Below, one piece after another: positions 10,320-22,575 of a stretch of 64,000 bases of DNA. The stretch is from Zootoca vivipara (Eukaryota). Under the pieces are notes generated by a model, which made no database searches, was not told the origin of the DNA, and was given only the letters and a program-made list of their open reading frames with translations. Position 1 is the stretch's first letter. Each line of letters begins with the position of its first letter. The position numbers and the translations under genes are program-made. The DNA lies in NCBI RefSeq assembly GCF_963506605.1, contig NC_083290.1:30194001-30258000 (forward strand), given 5' to 3'.

Positions 10320-10559
10320 GGCCGCCAGGCTCTGCTCTTTGGGAAATGGCAGCAGCCCAAGAACGTAGCAACAGTGGCAACTGCTTTCTCCGGGTCCAGG
10401 TCCAGCCAGCTCTGATGGGAAGATGCTCTCCAGGTCTTTAGACAGGTGCCTTTCCTCAGCCCTACCTGGAGGTGCTGCTGTGGGTTGAATCTGGGACCTT
10501 CTGCGTCCAAATGCGGTGCTTTGCCCCTCAGCTATGACCCTTCCCTGACCAGAACACGG

Positions 10560-12300
10560 GGAGGGCAGGCAGGGGGTGTCGAGATTAATTCTCCGCTCTC
10601 CCCCAGCCCGCCGCCCCCGCGGAAGCTGGGAGCATCTCTCATTCCCGGCACATAAGGGTTTCCTGCCCTCCCACTTCCTTTGCTGAGATTCGCCAACCAC
10701 AGAAATGATGTGTCCCCCCGTTTTTTAACCGCGGCTGCAGGGGAAGCACCAAACCCTTCAGCCGGCCATCTTTGAGCCCTCGCCATAAAGCTTCCAGAAC
10801 ATGATGTATGCCTCCGAGTCCAAACCCCGCATTTGACCCTCCCCTCCCCTCCACCCAAGCCAAGCCAAGCCGAGCCAAGCAGCGCACCGCCCGGCCCCCT
10901 CCCCCTCTCCCCACTAGGCCCGGAGGATGAGCCGAGAAACCCCCCGGCCCCCGAAGACGCCCGCCCTGGCGCTCCTCATCCTCTGCCTCGCGCTGGGTAA
11001 GTGGTTTCTGGGGTCCCGGCATGGGGAGCTGAGGCAGGAGGGGAGCAGCGGGGAGGGGTCTGCAGCGTCTGCTGCTGCAATCTGGCGAGGGCCGCTGCGG
11101 ACCTGCCCGGCTCCACAGCCCCACTGACAGCTGCGCCCCAGGGAGGAGGAGCGGGAGGCGCCGCTTTGCCTAGGCTCCAGGGCGAGCGGGGAGCGTCTTT
11201 GGGGGGCGCCTTCGGGGTGGGCCCTTTCCTGGCCAGCGCCCCTCAGTGCATTTGCTGGTAGAACCGGCCAGAGCCGGTGCCCCGCCAGAGCTACACAATT
11301 TTTGGCCGGATCAGTCGCCAGAAACGGAGAATATCAATGCCGAGGAAAACGCTCCGGGCCTGGATCTTTGGAAAGTGGCTGCGGGGGGCGGCGGCTGAGG
11401 GCAGTGTGCGTGTGGTCACTCTCTCACACACACAGCTGTGCCGGGGTTGCCAGATGCTGCTCCGCCTCCTATCCTAGGGACCAGAGTTGCTCCCTCCCGC
11501 GCCTGCTTAAGTCCTCCCAAAATGAGGCACAGATTCTTTCCTCGCTTGGACTGTGGGGTGTGGCGAGGGGGGGGACTCCGGGCGACTGCGCAGGAAGAGA
11601 GCCCCCTCTTGATTCAGCAGGGACCAACCACTGCCTCCCACCCCCTAGGATACTGCGCCGGCGCCCACTCCCCAGCATTCATAGATAGGGGCTTCTCTCA
11701 GAAACCTTGTGGGAGCCTTCGAGGGTTTCCTGGCCATCGCTGGCGATTCCCTGCAGTAGCTCCTCCTGCTCACACCTTCCAAAGGGACTCTCTAAAGGCC
11801 GACTTAGCCGCCAGTGGTTCCCTGCTGCCAGGCGCGACCTTTCTACAGCAGTCCGTGATCACCAGTTCCATGTGGGAGAGGAGAGACGAGGAGGCTGCGC
11901 CAAACCTGGACATGGGCCTTCGCTACTCCCAGCCCCGTCTTACTCGGCCCCCTCCGTTACAAGGCTTGTGTCCCGTTGGCCGAGCACACAGCCCTCTCTG
12001 CCTCTCCAAACAGGAGCGCAAAGGGCCTGCAAAAAGCGCGCAGGCGACCGTTTTGGAAAGGATGAGGGGGCGAAAGACCAGGCTTTCTGCGGCTGGGCTT
12101 GTGGGGAAAAGGGGGCGCAGCCAAGGCGCTGCTCTAGGTAGCCAGCTCGGCGAGGAACCCCCTGATCTCTTCTGCAAATCCCAGCTGAACTAAGGGCGCA
12201 CCGGCTTCCCCTCAGGGCTCCCGGGGTACGGCGAGGGGGAGGTGCGTGTTGAATGTGTTCCAGTTTGCAGTAGCATCTGACGAGCCAGGAACTGCCTCAG
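10560..12300. promoter_or_regulatory. SCN2B: CpG-rich promoter / first-exon region of SCN2B
   Basis: High GC and CpG density around exon 1, with GC-box-like runs near 10605-10620; limits approximate. Confidence 0.7.
10927..10996 (+). CDS. SCN2B: Sodium channel beta-2 subunit, coding exon 1 (signal peptide)
   Basis: ATG in good context (AGGATGA), MSRETPRPPKTPALALLILCLAL, G|gtaagt donor; 70 nt, phase fits exon 2. Confidence 0.88.
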
Positions 12301-14188
12301 CAATTGCTGCATTCAAGGCACTGCAGAGGCTGCAGCTTCTGCAGCACTCAGGGCTCCTCGGAACAGCTAGGAGACCGGTTTGCCAGGCGTCAGCAAAAGG
12401 GACTGACAGAAACAAGCTGACCTTGGACTGCCTGCTGCCTCAGGCGTCTCCTTAAAGCCCCAGGGCTGCCACCCAGCTTCAGCAGCGACCGGGAAGAATG
12501 ACACCCATACCCGTGTGGGGCAGCAGGAACCCCTCTGCTCCTGAGCATGCGCCCAGTGTGGAGGGTCCGGCACGCACGCTACCATGATTATCCCCTCGGG
12601 GGTGACTCAGGTGGGGTCTTAGGGCCACGCGGAAGGAGCTTCGGTTCGGAGCAGTGGTGCAGCCTGGGAATGTCAGACCCCAGACATGGTGGCAGGTATT
12701 GCTAGTTCAGTCCTGAAACAGGTAATCCATACATCTCCCCGTCCGTCCCCCCCAGCCGCCCTTTCGTCCTCTGCAGTTCCTTCTACGTTCCTGATCTGTT
12801 AAAGCCAAAACAAAAAGAATATAGTGTGCTAGGCTAGCCCTGATCAGAAACTAAACAATTCTAATTGTTTAAACTCGCCTTGAGCCCCCGCGTGGCTGAT
12901 CCATAAAGAAGGTGAGGGTGAGGGGAGACCCTTTTGGGACTCTGCTCTGCCTTCAAAGCCAGGGGGACCTGGGAGGAATTGCTGAGATGAGCGCGAAGAA
13001 ACAGAGAGGGAGAAAGGAAGCGGCGGAGTTGTTGGCAGGCTTCCTGCCATCCGTAGCCGGACGGAACAGCGACAGACGCAGGAGCTCAGCGCCCGTCCTT
13101 CCGTAGCCAAAGCCTCGCCAGCAACGCGCGCAAGAGAGGGAGCGCTCTGCCATCAGGCTGGCGGGCAAGTTTTCAGATGCCCCCTCCCCCCAAAAAACTC
13201 GTTTAGAAAAAAAGAATAATCCCAAACAACTGGGCCAGAATACTGGCGGGAGGGGGACGAAAAACAAGGGGGCAGAGGAGGTCTGAAAAAGGCATGTGCG
13301 CTGCATGCAGAAGGCCCCAGGAGCAACCCCGGTGGGCATCTCCAGGTAGGGCCAGGAGGAGACACCCCTGCCTCAAATCCTCTAGAGCTGCTGTTGCCAG
13401 TCAGTGTTGACAATACTGGCCTATATGGACCAATGGTCTGACTTGGTATAAATGCAGCTTCTTATGTTCCTAATGGAGTGCTCAGGAAAGGGACAGGACT
13501 GCCTGGCGCCTTGAGTAGGAGCTGTCCACACTGCAACCAGAAGTCACCCGTCCCACTTCTCTGGCCATCATAGAATTGTCGAGTTGGAAGGGACCCTAAG
13601 GGTAATCTAGTCCAACCCCCTGCAATGCAGGAATCTTTTGCCCAAAGTGGGGCTCTAACCCACATCCCTGAGGTGCAGAGTTTTATGTTCTACTGACTGG
13701 GCTATCCCATTAGGCTTGTTCTATAAAATTCTCCAGCTACGTTTTTCTGGTACAGTTGGGATCCTGTTCTAACTTGATCACTTAATATTGAACTATCTTG
13801 AGCACTTTCCCCTTTGGAAAGAAAGAAACAAACCAACTCCCAGAGGGTCCTTTTTCAGCAGCCCGCCTTCCTCCCCTCCCCCAAAAGGGGGGGGGGTTGC
13901 CGACCCAACGTTGCTGCCCTTCATGTGTAATGGGTGGGTGGGGTGCTAGAGCAAGCGAGGCTGGATCTGCACTGATCTGTATAAATGCTATTAAATAAAG
14001 GCTATTAGAAAAAAAGGCTATTAGAAAAAAAACAGTACTGTATAACTCTCAATGCAATTTCCCATGGCCAACTGATTGCTGCTCTGCAGCACCCTCTGGT
14101 GTCACATTTTTATAACACATTTTAAAGGTTATAACTGACCAGGGTAGATTCGCCTCTCCTGCCTTACCCTGTTCCCTTCTTCCGGCAG

Positions 14189-14355
14189 TGCCAAGCAGCC
14201 TGGGCATGGAGGTCATGGCGCCTTTGACCCTCAGTGCCCTGAATGGCTCCTCCATCCGCCTCACCTGCACCTTCAACTCCTGCTACCGGGTGGAGAAGAA
14301 GCAGTTCTCCCTCAACTGGACCTACCAGGAATGCGACAATTGCACCGAAGAGATG
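14189..14355 (+). CDS. SCN2B: SCN2B coding exon 2 (Ig-V domain, N-half)
   Basis: cag| acceptor, MEVMAP...CTFNSCYRVEKKQFSLNWTYQECDNCTEEM, |gtgagt donor; 167 nt; the alpha-subunit-linking Cys in FNSCY is retained. Confidence 0.97.
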
Positions 14356-14821
14356 GTGAGTCTGCAGCCCGCAGCTGAGCTGGGCCGGTCGCTTCCTTGA
14401 AGCATGCTGCGGTGCAGAGACAGATTTAGGGGAGTGCAAAACTGGGTCACCTGCACTGGGTGCCCAGCTGAGAGGGCGCTGCAACAACAACCTAGCAGCA
14501 GAGCCTGTACTTTGGAAGCGCTTTCAACCCGTCCCCCAAATGTTGTTCCTGTGAATGTATGTGTGTGGTGGAGGGAGCGGGTTGTAGCACTTATTCCACG
14601 TGAAGCTGCCAAGCATCTACTGTGGCCTAAGTTTCTCGTGCCACAATAAATGTGCAAGTCTATAAGGTTCCAGAACTCTGCTCGTTGTGTTTGCTGTAAC
14701 AGATGAGCTCTGCTGCCCCTTTTAAGCCACAATCAAGCAGAATGTACTTGTGCATGTGCTCAGAGGCACCCGTTTTATTGCAACCACATGTTCCAGGGAT
14801 AGTCTTTGCTACTGAAACCTG

Positions 14822-16733
14822 TTTTATTTTAATTTTTTTTATTTTTTATTTTTTATTTTTTTAATGGTTTAAAAATTTTTATTTCAGAATTTTTAAAATT
14901 ACATATTAAAGGAACAAGAAAAAAAAATAAATACAGAGAAAAAAAAAACCAACAAAAAATCACAAAATGAAAAAGGAAAAAAAAAAAAAAGGGGGGGATT
15001 CAATGCTCCCTCCTTCACGAGTTTACATAAATCATAACTTGTTATAATCATGCATACAGAGCCAATACTTCCACACATATAAAATAATCAAATCATAATC
15101 AAATCAAATCATAATAACCAAGGATATATATATGTATGTATATATATATACTAAATCAAAATTCCAAACATTCACCACCTAATTCATACAGCAATTATTA
15201 AACATAATTTATAAGGCATAAACACAAAACGAAAAAAGTAATAACAAAAAATACCTGCAAAAATAATAATACAAAAGATAAAAATGCAAAAAAAAGAAAA
15301 AAAAAATAAAAATAATGAAAAAAAGAAAAGAAAGAAGAAAAATGTAGAAGTACTTCCGATTGTCTGTCCACTGTTATCTTACAGTATACTCTTCCTCTTA
15401 CTTGTTACATTCCCACTTTCCTTTCCGGCTAATTCCGGATGGTTTTCCCTTACTTTAACCTAACATATATTATCTCTTTGTACGGATCTTAATTTAAACA
15501 TATCACCAATTCGGAATTTAATCCCTCTTTTATTAAATAATCATCTAATAATTTCCACTCGCTTTGGATTTTTTGTTTCGGGGTATTTCTTATATACGCT
15601 GTCATCTTTGCTAAATTCATATACTCTATTACTTTGTTTTGCCACTCACAAACCGTCGGTGTCTCCTCTCTTTTCCATTTCTGTGCTATAAGGGTCCTTG
15701 CTGCTACCACCGCATATAATAAAATATTCCTTCTATCCTTGGGTATGTCTTTGGGAACCATACTCAGTAAGAACAGCTCTGGGGATTTCCCAAATGTACA
15801 CTTTAACATCCTCTTTAACTTCTCATAGATTATGTTCCAGAACCCTTGTATTTTTTTACACTGCCACCAACAATGCATGTACGTTCCAATTTGTTCGTGG
15901 CATTTCCAACACTTATTTGAGCCTTCTTTATATATCTTCCTTAATTTCTCTGGTGTCAGGTGCCACCTATATACCATCTTCATTGTGTTTTCCTTAATTG
16001 CTGTGCAAGCTGTAAATCTCATACTTTCTAGCCACAAATTCTCCCATTTTATACACTCAATAGTCCTACCGAAATCTTGTGCCCATTTTACCATAACATC
16101 TTTAACTAATTCGTCCTTTAGATTCCACTCCAACAAAAATTTATATATTGCTGCCAATTGTTTCCCCTCATTTTCAATTAACAATTCTTGTAATTTTGAT
16201 TTATTTTTCTGAAAACCGACTTCCCTATGCTTCTTAAATAAGCTTTGTATTTGAGTATATTGTAACCAGCTTGCACAGCAATTTTTCACCTCTTCATATG
16301 GTGTCAATGTGTACTGCTTGTCTACCTCCTTTATCAGGTCCTGGTACGTTAGCCACTTTTCCTTATTTCTTCCTCCCCCCCCCAGGGCCGTTATTTCAAA
16401 GGGTGATGCCCACCACGGTGTCTTTGGTTCTAATAATTTCCTAAATTCCAACCATATCCTGAATATCGAATTTTTGATTACGTGGTCGGTAAATTCCTTA
16501 TATATCTTTTCATTTTCTTGCAGAAGGTATGCGTGCCACCCAAGAGAATTTCTAAATCCCTCCAGATCTAAAATTTCCCTATTGTCTAACACAATCCATT
16601 CTTTTAAGCAGCACAAATTTGCCGCTGCATAATATAATTTTAAATATAATTATAATTTTAAATCCGGTACACCCCAACCTCCCCTCTCCTTGCTATCCGT
16701 TAATAATTTAAACTGTATTCTAGGTTTTTTTTT
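14822..16733 (-). mobile_element. 5'-truncated L1-clade LINE, antisense in SCN2B intron 2
   Basis: Open ORF2 C-terminal 375 codons (15489-16616) with CWKC...HCWWQC zinc finger, T-rich 3' UTR, AATAAA and A-rich tail on the minus strand; homologous to the ORF2 at 47718. Confidence 0.93.
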
Positions 16734-16749
16734 TAAAGGGTGTGTGATA

Positions 16750-16936
16750 CATAGGAGCCTAACTCCTAGGGGCCAAGGGGTCTTCGCCCCCCCAATAAAA
16801 TACTTGAGGGCTCCCCCCAATCAAAGTTAATGGGTATTGCTATTCAAATGGTGTGTGTGTGGATCCCTTCATGTGATTGATTATGTGGGACGGGGCTTTC
16901 CTGGGTGGGTACCCCCAATACAAGATGGCTCCCCTG
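16750..16936. mobile_element. hAT-type MITE
   Basis: Imperfect TIRs CATAGGAGCC...GGCTCCCCTG and perfect 8-bp TSD GTGTGATA. Confidence 0.7.
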
Positions 16937-17057
16937 GTGTGATATATCACCCAGACATACCGGTAGTTCATAAACGGTCTGTCGCAGCTCTCCAGAGCCT
17001 CCTGCATGGACTGCGGCAATCTCTGCTCCTTAACCCCCCACCCCACCCTGTCTCCAG

Positions 17058-17268
17058 TTTCTACAGTTTAGGTTGAAGATTGTTCCTATGGAGCAGACCC
17101 GCTTTGGGGATCGCGTGGAGTTCACCGGGAACCCCATCAAGAATGATGTCTCCTTCACCCTCCACAACGTGCAGCTGGATGACAAAGGGACCTACCACTG
17201 CTATGTCATGAACCCCCCTGACCGGCAGAAGGGACACGGCAAGATCAGCCTGATAGTGATCACCGAAG
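17058..17268 (+). CDS. SCN2B: SCN2B coding exon 3 (Ig-V domain, C-half)
   Basis: FLQFRLKIV...DRVEFTGNP...DKGTYHCYVMNPPDR; 211 nt; ag/gt ends in phase. Confidence 0.97.
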
Positions 17269-17533
17269 GTCAGTCAGCCTTTGGGAGGCCTGCCGTCTAG
17301 GGTCTCCCCCTCACCTTAGGACCCACCCCACAACAACACGCTTTTCTTACCTGCTATGCTGCAGCACCCTAGAAAGGCCTTTCCCACCCTAGAAGCCCAC
17401 TTTCCTGCAGAGTCTGGGCGGGGACTCCCCTGTTCCCGTGCTCCCCTAGCCCCTCTCTCCAAGCCCCCTGGGGTGGGATCAGGCCCTTCCTCAGCCCTGT
17501 CCCCCGCTAGTCCCAGCTGTGTCTCCTCCGCAG

Positions 17534-17733
17534 AACCTCCCGAGCGGGACTCGACGGTGGCCGTGATCGTGGGAGCCACGGTGGGAGGGTTCCTGGCCGT
17601 GGTCATCCTGGTGCTGGTGGCTGTCAAGTGCGTGCGGCGCAAGAAGCAGCAGAGGTTGAACACGGATGACCAGAAGACGGAGGAGGAGGGCAAGACGGAT
17701 GGCGAGGGCAACCCCGACGAAGGCACCAAGTAG
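17534..17733 (+). CDS. SCN2B: SCN2B coding exon 4 (TM and cytoplasmic tail, stop)
   Basis: PPERDSTVAVIVGATVGGFLAVVILVLVAVKCVRRKKQQRLNTDDQKTEEEGKTDGEGNPDEGTK*; total CDS 648 nt = 215 aa. Confidence 0.98.
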
Positions 17734-19176
17734 ACCGGCACCCGGCGGCCCGGGATGGTCCCCTGCTGCACTCTGCCCCTCCGCCCTCCCGCATCCATGA
17801 GCTTCCTCTAAAGACTCTCCACTGGTGTCAGAAGTGTCCCCACTTAAGCCTCTCCATTGAGACCTTGCACGCATAGCTGGGCAGGGTGCTGCAGAGCAGA
17901 TCTTCCTCATGCCCTTCCGGGGCTAAAAAGTTGGGGGTTGCAAAGGGGCGAGTGCGATTTGGGGGATTTGGGGGTGAGCGTGAGGACTTGCCTCCCAACT
18001 TGCCACAGGGAAGGTCTTGACCCATTCCTCCTGCCCCTGCTGTTGGTCTTCTCTGCTCAGCGCCTCCAAGGATGGTGGAAAGGCTTCTTCCTGGCCCGCC
18101 CCCACCCACCAGGTCACCAGGGGTGCCCCCGCAGGAAACTCCGCCTGTTGGAGGGGATCTTTTCCCTTCCTGAGGGGGTGTGTGTTTGTGTGTGTTGCTG
18201 CTGAAGGGGAGCATTGGCCTCAGGAAGAGAAGGGGGGTGGGGGAAGAGAGGTTCCCCCTTCCGATGCAGAAACTGCCACTTATCGTCTTCCTTCTACAGA
18301 AGCCACAAGCACAACCCACTACTGCCAAACGCAACTCACTGCCAGTGGGGCGGGAGGGGGAGGTCGAAAGGACGGCACACTCTGCATTCCCTCCCAGTAT
18401 CAGCATTTCCAAGCTCATGAGCCAGCTATTCCCTGATCCCCATCCAAACTCACACAACCCCCAGCATAATTGGGGGGAGGGTCTTTCTGGAAATAGGTTT
18501 TTTTGGGGTGGTGGTGGCGGGAGACTCCTTGTTTATTTCCTGAGAGCATGCTGCCTGTGCCCCACGCCCCGTGCCATGCTTTTTCTTCTTGGGTGGGCGG
18601 CTATGCTTTCCGCTGGGAGGAGCGTTCCTGAAGGGCCCTGGCAGAGGAGAGGTGTAGATCCTAATGGAGGGGCAAGATCCTGGGCTTGTCTGCCTTGTTT
18701 TCCCCACTCCATGCTCTGGCTTTCCTTTCGGTAGAGTGCACTTACCTGGCCGTGCCCGTCAGCCTCTTACTGTAAACTTCGCCAGGGCTCTAGGGGAGGC
18801 AGAGCTGGATCAGGTCCTTCGGTGCTTGCTGCGTCCTTGGGTCAGAAGCAGGCAATTCCTGGGCGTCTCTTCCTCTGTCACAGCTGGGCCCCGTGCATGA
18901 CCCTGCCGTCCTTCAAGGGGTTCTTGCTTTTCTTTCGCTGTCGCACCTGGGGACAAAAAGGCAGGGCAGTGAATGCGGGGAGGAGGCGCCCCCTAAGTCC
19001 TCTTGCTTCTCCCATCCTTCTCGCATCTGGTCGGGCCAAGAAGGCTCTGCTCCATTCCTTGCTGCCTTGCTGCGATTGGCTCGTTCTCTGCTAAGCAGGC
19101 CACAAGGTGGTGCTCTCACCTCCCCTGACAATGGAGTCAGTTTTTTGATTGATTTTTTTTTGGGGGGGTCACCACT

Positions 19177-19820
19177 TGTGGGAATGTTTAGAAAGGTAGG
19201 AGAGGATATATTGTTTTGATATTATTTCTCCTGGCTCACGCTATTGAGCAAACAGCAGAGCGCATTCCCTTGCAGCTTATAGTGAAGCAGTTGATCTCGC
19301 TGGAGTTTTTAAATTAAGCTATCCAGTCTGGCTTGTCCCTGGTAAATTTCCCCTTTATTTCCCCTCTTAAAATAAGAATAACGCAACATAGTCTTCTTGA
19401 AAAATAACAGGTTTTTCTCATGTTCAGTTCACAGCAGTAATCTGAAGGCAGGCTTTATCTTGTGGCCACAGTTACTGTACATTTGTGGAGAAAATAAGTC
19501 TGAGTTGGGTGGTCTCAGACTTTCTACTTGTGGCCTCCATCCTCTGTAAGGATGGGCCATGTGCTGCTGGCTAAGAGCCAGGAGCAGTAGGAATACAGAA
19601 GTGAAGATCCAAAAAAAGGGAAAAGGGAAGATGGTTGCATGGCTAGCCCTTTTACATGGTCAGCTAGGGTCACACCCATGTACCTGGTCACCCACAGGGG
19701 GAGGAGGCTCCAAAGCAGGTATGACAGGAAGCCCTCCCTGTCTGGAGCCACTTCCCCCCGTGTGTCCCTTCTAGGCAACAGGAAAATGTTGTACTTGCTG
19801 CTCTATCAATACATCCCACA
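19177..19820 (-). mobile_element. Copia-type solo LTR (family B), antisense, probably within the SCN2B 3' UTR
   Basis: Minus strand reads TGTGGGATG...CATTCCCACA; TSD CCACT/CTACT; homologous to 61041-61910. Confidence 0.85.
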
Positions 19821-20368
19821 CTACTAACATCTCCTCTGGAGAAGGGAGTCGTTTTTTCCCGTAACAGGGTGATGGTTATTCTCCCCGGAGTCCCACGACT
19901 GAAACGCGGGTGGAGGAGAGTGCAGGGCAAGCCGGCCAAGGGCACCTCGTCGGCTGGTTCCAGGGTCTGGAGCTGCCTTTGGTTCTTGCTTGACTTTCCC
20001 CGGACCCGTCGCTCGATATTTGCCCCCCCCCCCAGGGGAGACGCAGATGTCTCTTGTTCTCGCCACCCGGCAGCTCGACGGCGCCCCCTGCCGCCACTTT
20101 CCTGTTCTTTAGTGTTTTGCCAAATGTTGCCGTTTAGTTCTCAACCAAAGCCACAGTATGGAATGTTTTATTGCTCTTTTCGTGCGTATGCAGGAAAACA
20201 AATATACAGATATGCATACCTATACACATGTACATATTCAGGAAACGATTTCGTTGACCATACTTTGCACATTGGCTGTTTGTATTTTCGCTGTGCTGCT
20301 GCTGCTATGTTTGGGAGTAAGCATTTTTTTTCTGCCTGGGTCTGTCTCGGGGAATCAAAGTCCAGGGA

Positions 20369-20374
20369 AATAAA
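20369..20374 (+). terminator. SCN2B: Candidate SCN2B polyadenylation signal
   Basis: AATAAA ending a U-rich, 3'-UTR-like segment (20100-20370); inference only. Confidence 0.5.
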
Positions 20375-20980
20375 ACAGGGAGCGCCGCTCAGAACAGGCG
20401 TAGCTCCGCCTCTTTCCCGGGACAGCGGGGCAGCGGGGAGACCTCAGCTTCACGAGCATAGACCGGGCAACTCTGCGGGGTCCTGTTGTAGGATCCGAGG
20501 ATCCTGAAGCCCGCCTAGTCCGCCTCACCCCAACACAAAGCCTAGTGCAGGGCTTACATCCAGAGCATATTAAATAATAAAGATTACCGTGCCTCTAGAC
20601 ATGTGCAGAGTACCTTTCCTTTGCAACTGAATAATCATCGGCTGCCCTAAATGGTTTTCTTACTGTGGTGCCTGAAGGTTCATTCCGCAGCCCATCCTTG
20701 TCGGGACTAGCCGGACTGCCTTTCTATTGTCCGTCTCCTCCTCTTGAGCCAAAGCGGAGGATGGTCTGCGTCTTGGCGTCGGATCAAGCGGAACACCTGG
20801 CGAAGAGCAAGCTTCTTCTCTGTGGACTCAGGGAAGTGGGCGAAAAGAGAGCGCGCTGGGGGCGTGGCAAGCACCGGGTGGCAGACATCTGCTCTCAGCC
20901 GGGGAAGCGGTTTTGCGTCTTGAGCGGCCGCTTGCAAAGTTCTTAAGGACAGGCAGTGGCTACCTGGGATGGGGATGGGG

Positions 20981-21070
20981 CATAGCTGCCAAGTTATCCC
21001 TTTTTTTAAGGGATTTCCCCTTATGCTGAATAGGCTTCCTCGCGAGAAAAGGGAAAACTTGGCAGCTATG
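20981..21070 (+). mobile_element. 90-bp hAT MITE, copy 1
   Basis: 15-bp TIR CATAGCTGCCAAGTT; 8-bp TSD GGATGGGG. Confidence 0.92.
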
Positions 21071-21130
21071 GGATGGGGAGGGCGAGGCGGGGCGGCGGGA
21101 ACATTATTCCCTCAAATCCCTTCAGTCAAA

Positions 21131-21132
<2 letters not shown>

Positions 21133-21170
<38 letters not shown>
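21133..21170. repeat. (AC)n microsatellite
   Basis: Dinucleotide run. Confidence 0.95.
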
Positions 21171-21172
<2 letters not shown>

Positions 21173-21992
21173 CCAATGCCTGACTTCAGCTGAGGTAGTT
21201 TGTAGTTTAGTACTTCTGAAATTATTAGACAACACCGGTGGATACTGTGCATAGGGGAGGGAACACAATTTTAACTTTTTAAGCACCAAAGGTGGAGGAG
21301 TAAATGAGAAAGGAATCATGCTAACCTGACCGCTGGCTCCCTTCTATCTATGACAACCGCGTGTGTTCCATTGAGCGCCGCACAAGCTAACCACTGGGCA
21401 ACGCAGCCCGTGGGTGGAGTGGCCAAGCCATCCCTATCCGTGCCAGGGAGCTGCCGCCAGCTTCCAATCCCCTCAGCGAGCTCGCTTTCCCAGCCACTTT
21501 CCCGAACGTGGGGATGAAGGCGACGCGAGCCAGAGAGTTGCTCGCGAGTCTGCTGTTCTCGAGAGGGCGCCCAGCAGCGAAAAGCGCCAGGTTCTACAGT
21601 CCTGCTCCTGCTGGCGGCTTATCTCGCAGTTCCCGAGTCCTGGACCTGGCCTGGCCAACAATTCCCGAGTGAGGGCGAGACCCCCGCGGAAGACGGGGCG
21701 TCAGCGCGCTGTTCCGCGATCTCGCTGGCCTCCGACGGGGTGGTCCTGGACGGACGCCGCACTTTCCGCCCCGGGACGCAGAGTGGGGCCAAAGCCGGCT
21801 GGCTGGACAGCACCCTCTATCGCCCGCCGCCGCCCAGGTTTGGCTCGGCTGTGGCATAGTCGGCTTCTTCCCTTCCGCCCGCTCCGTCGGTGAGCGTTTC
21901 CCGCTTCTTTGCCCGGAGTTTGCAGAGTCACCATCTGTCTTTGGCCAGTTTCTCTGGGAAAAGACAACTCGGGGCCGCTGCAGGGCCCTAGC

Positions 21993-22047
21993 GCAGCAAC
22001 TCTGAAGGTGCAGCAACTCTGAAGGTGCAGCAACTCTGAAGGTGCAG
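21993..22047. repeat. 17-bp tandem repeat, about 3.2 copies (GCAGCAACTCTGAAGGT)
   Basis: Three exact units. Confidence 0.9.
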
Positions 22048-22485
22048 GCGCAGGTTGGCCTACACTACAGCTTCCTTGTCCGGGACCTTTTCTGCCATAT
22101 CAGCACTTGGGCGGGCGGCGGGGGGGGGGGGGGAGAGAGAAGAGGCGACAACCCATCCAGCCTACCGAGGGATGGCAACTGCCACGGCTCTCAACGCGCA
22201 GAACAAAAACTGCTAACTGGCCTTGAATTCACCCTCAGCTGTTCAGTGGAGAGAGTGACCCAGCCTTTACCATCAGATAAGTGCCTTCCTCCGCCCCGCC
22301 TGCACTTGAAAGGGCCCGAAGTGCTGCCTCCTGCACCCCCCCCCCCGCACCAGTACGACCACCTACCGGTAGGTGGGAGGTGGGCAGGTCTTTCCCTAGA
22401 GCGTGGTGCTGGTAACACCAAGGTCGCAAGTTCGATTCCCATATGCGACAGCTGCATATTCCTGCATTGCAAGGACCTTCAGGGT

Positions 22486-22575
22486 CATAGCTGCCAAGTT
22501 ATCCCTTTTTTAAAGGGATTTCCCCTTATGCTGAATAGGCTTCCTCGCAAGAAAAGGGAAAACTTGGCAGCTATG
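22486..22575 (+). mobile_element. 90-bp hAT MITE, copy 2, inserted in a tRNA-derived SINE fragment
   Basis: Same TIRs; TSD TTCAGGGT. Confidence 0.92.

Noticed and set aside
21993-22047. Short direct-repeat array as a CRISPR-like structure
   Set aside because: Units are contiguous with no spacers in a vertebrate genome; an ordinary minisatellite. The same applies to two-unit duplications near 13999, 25897, 39128 and 52019.
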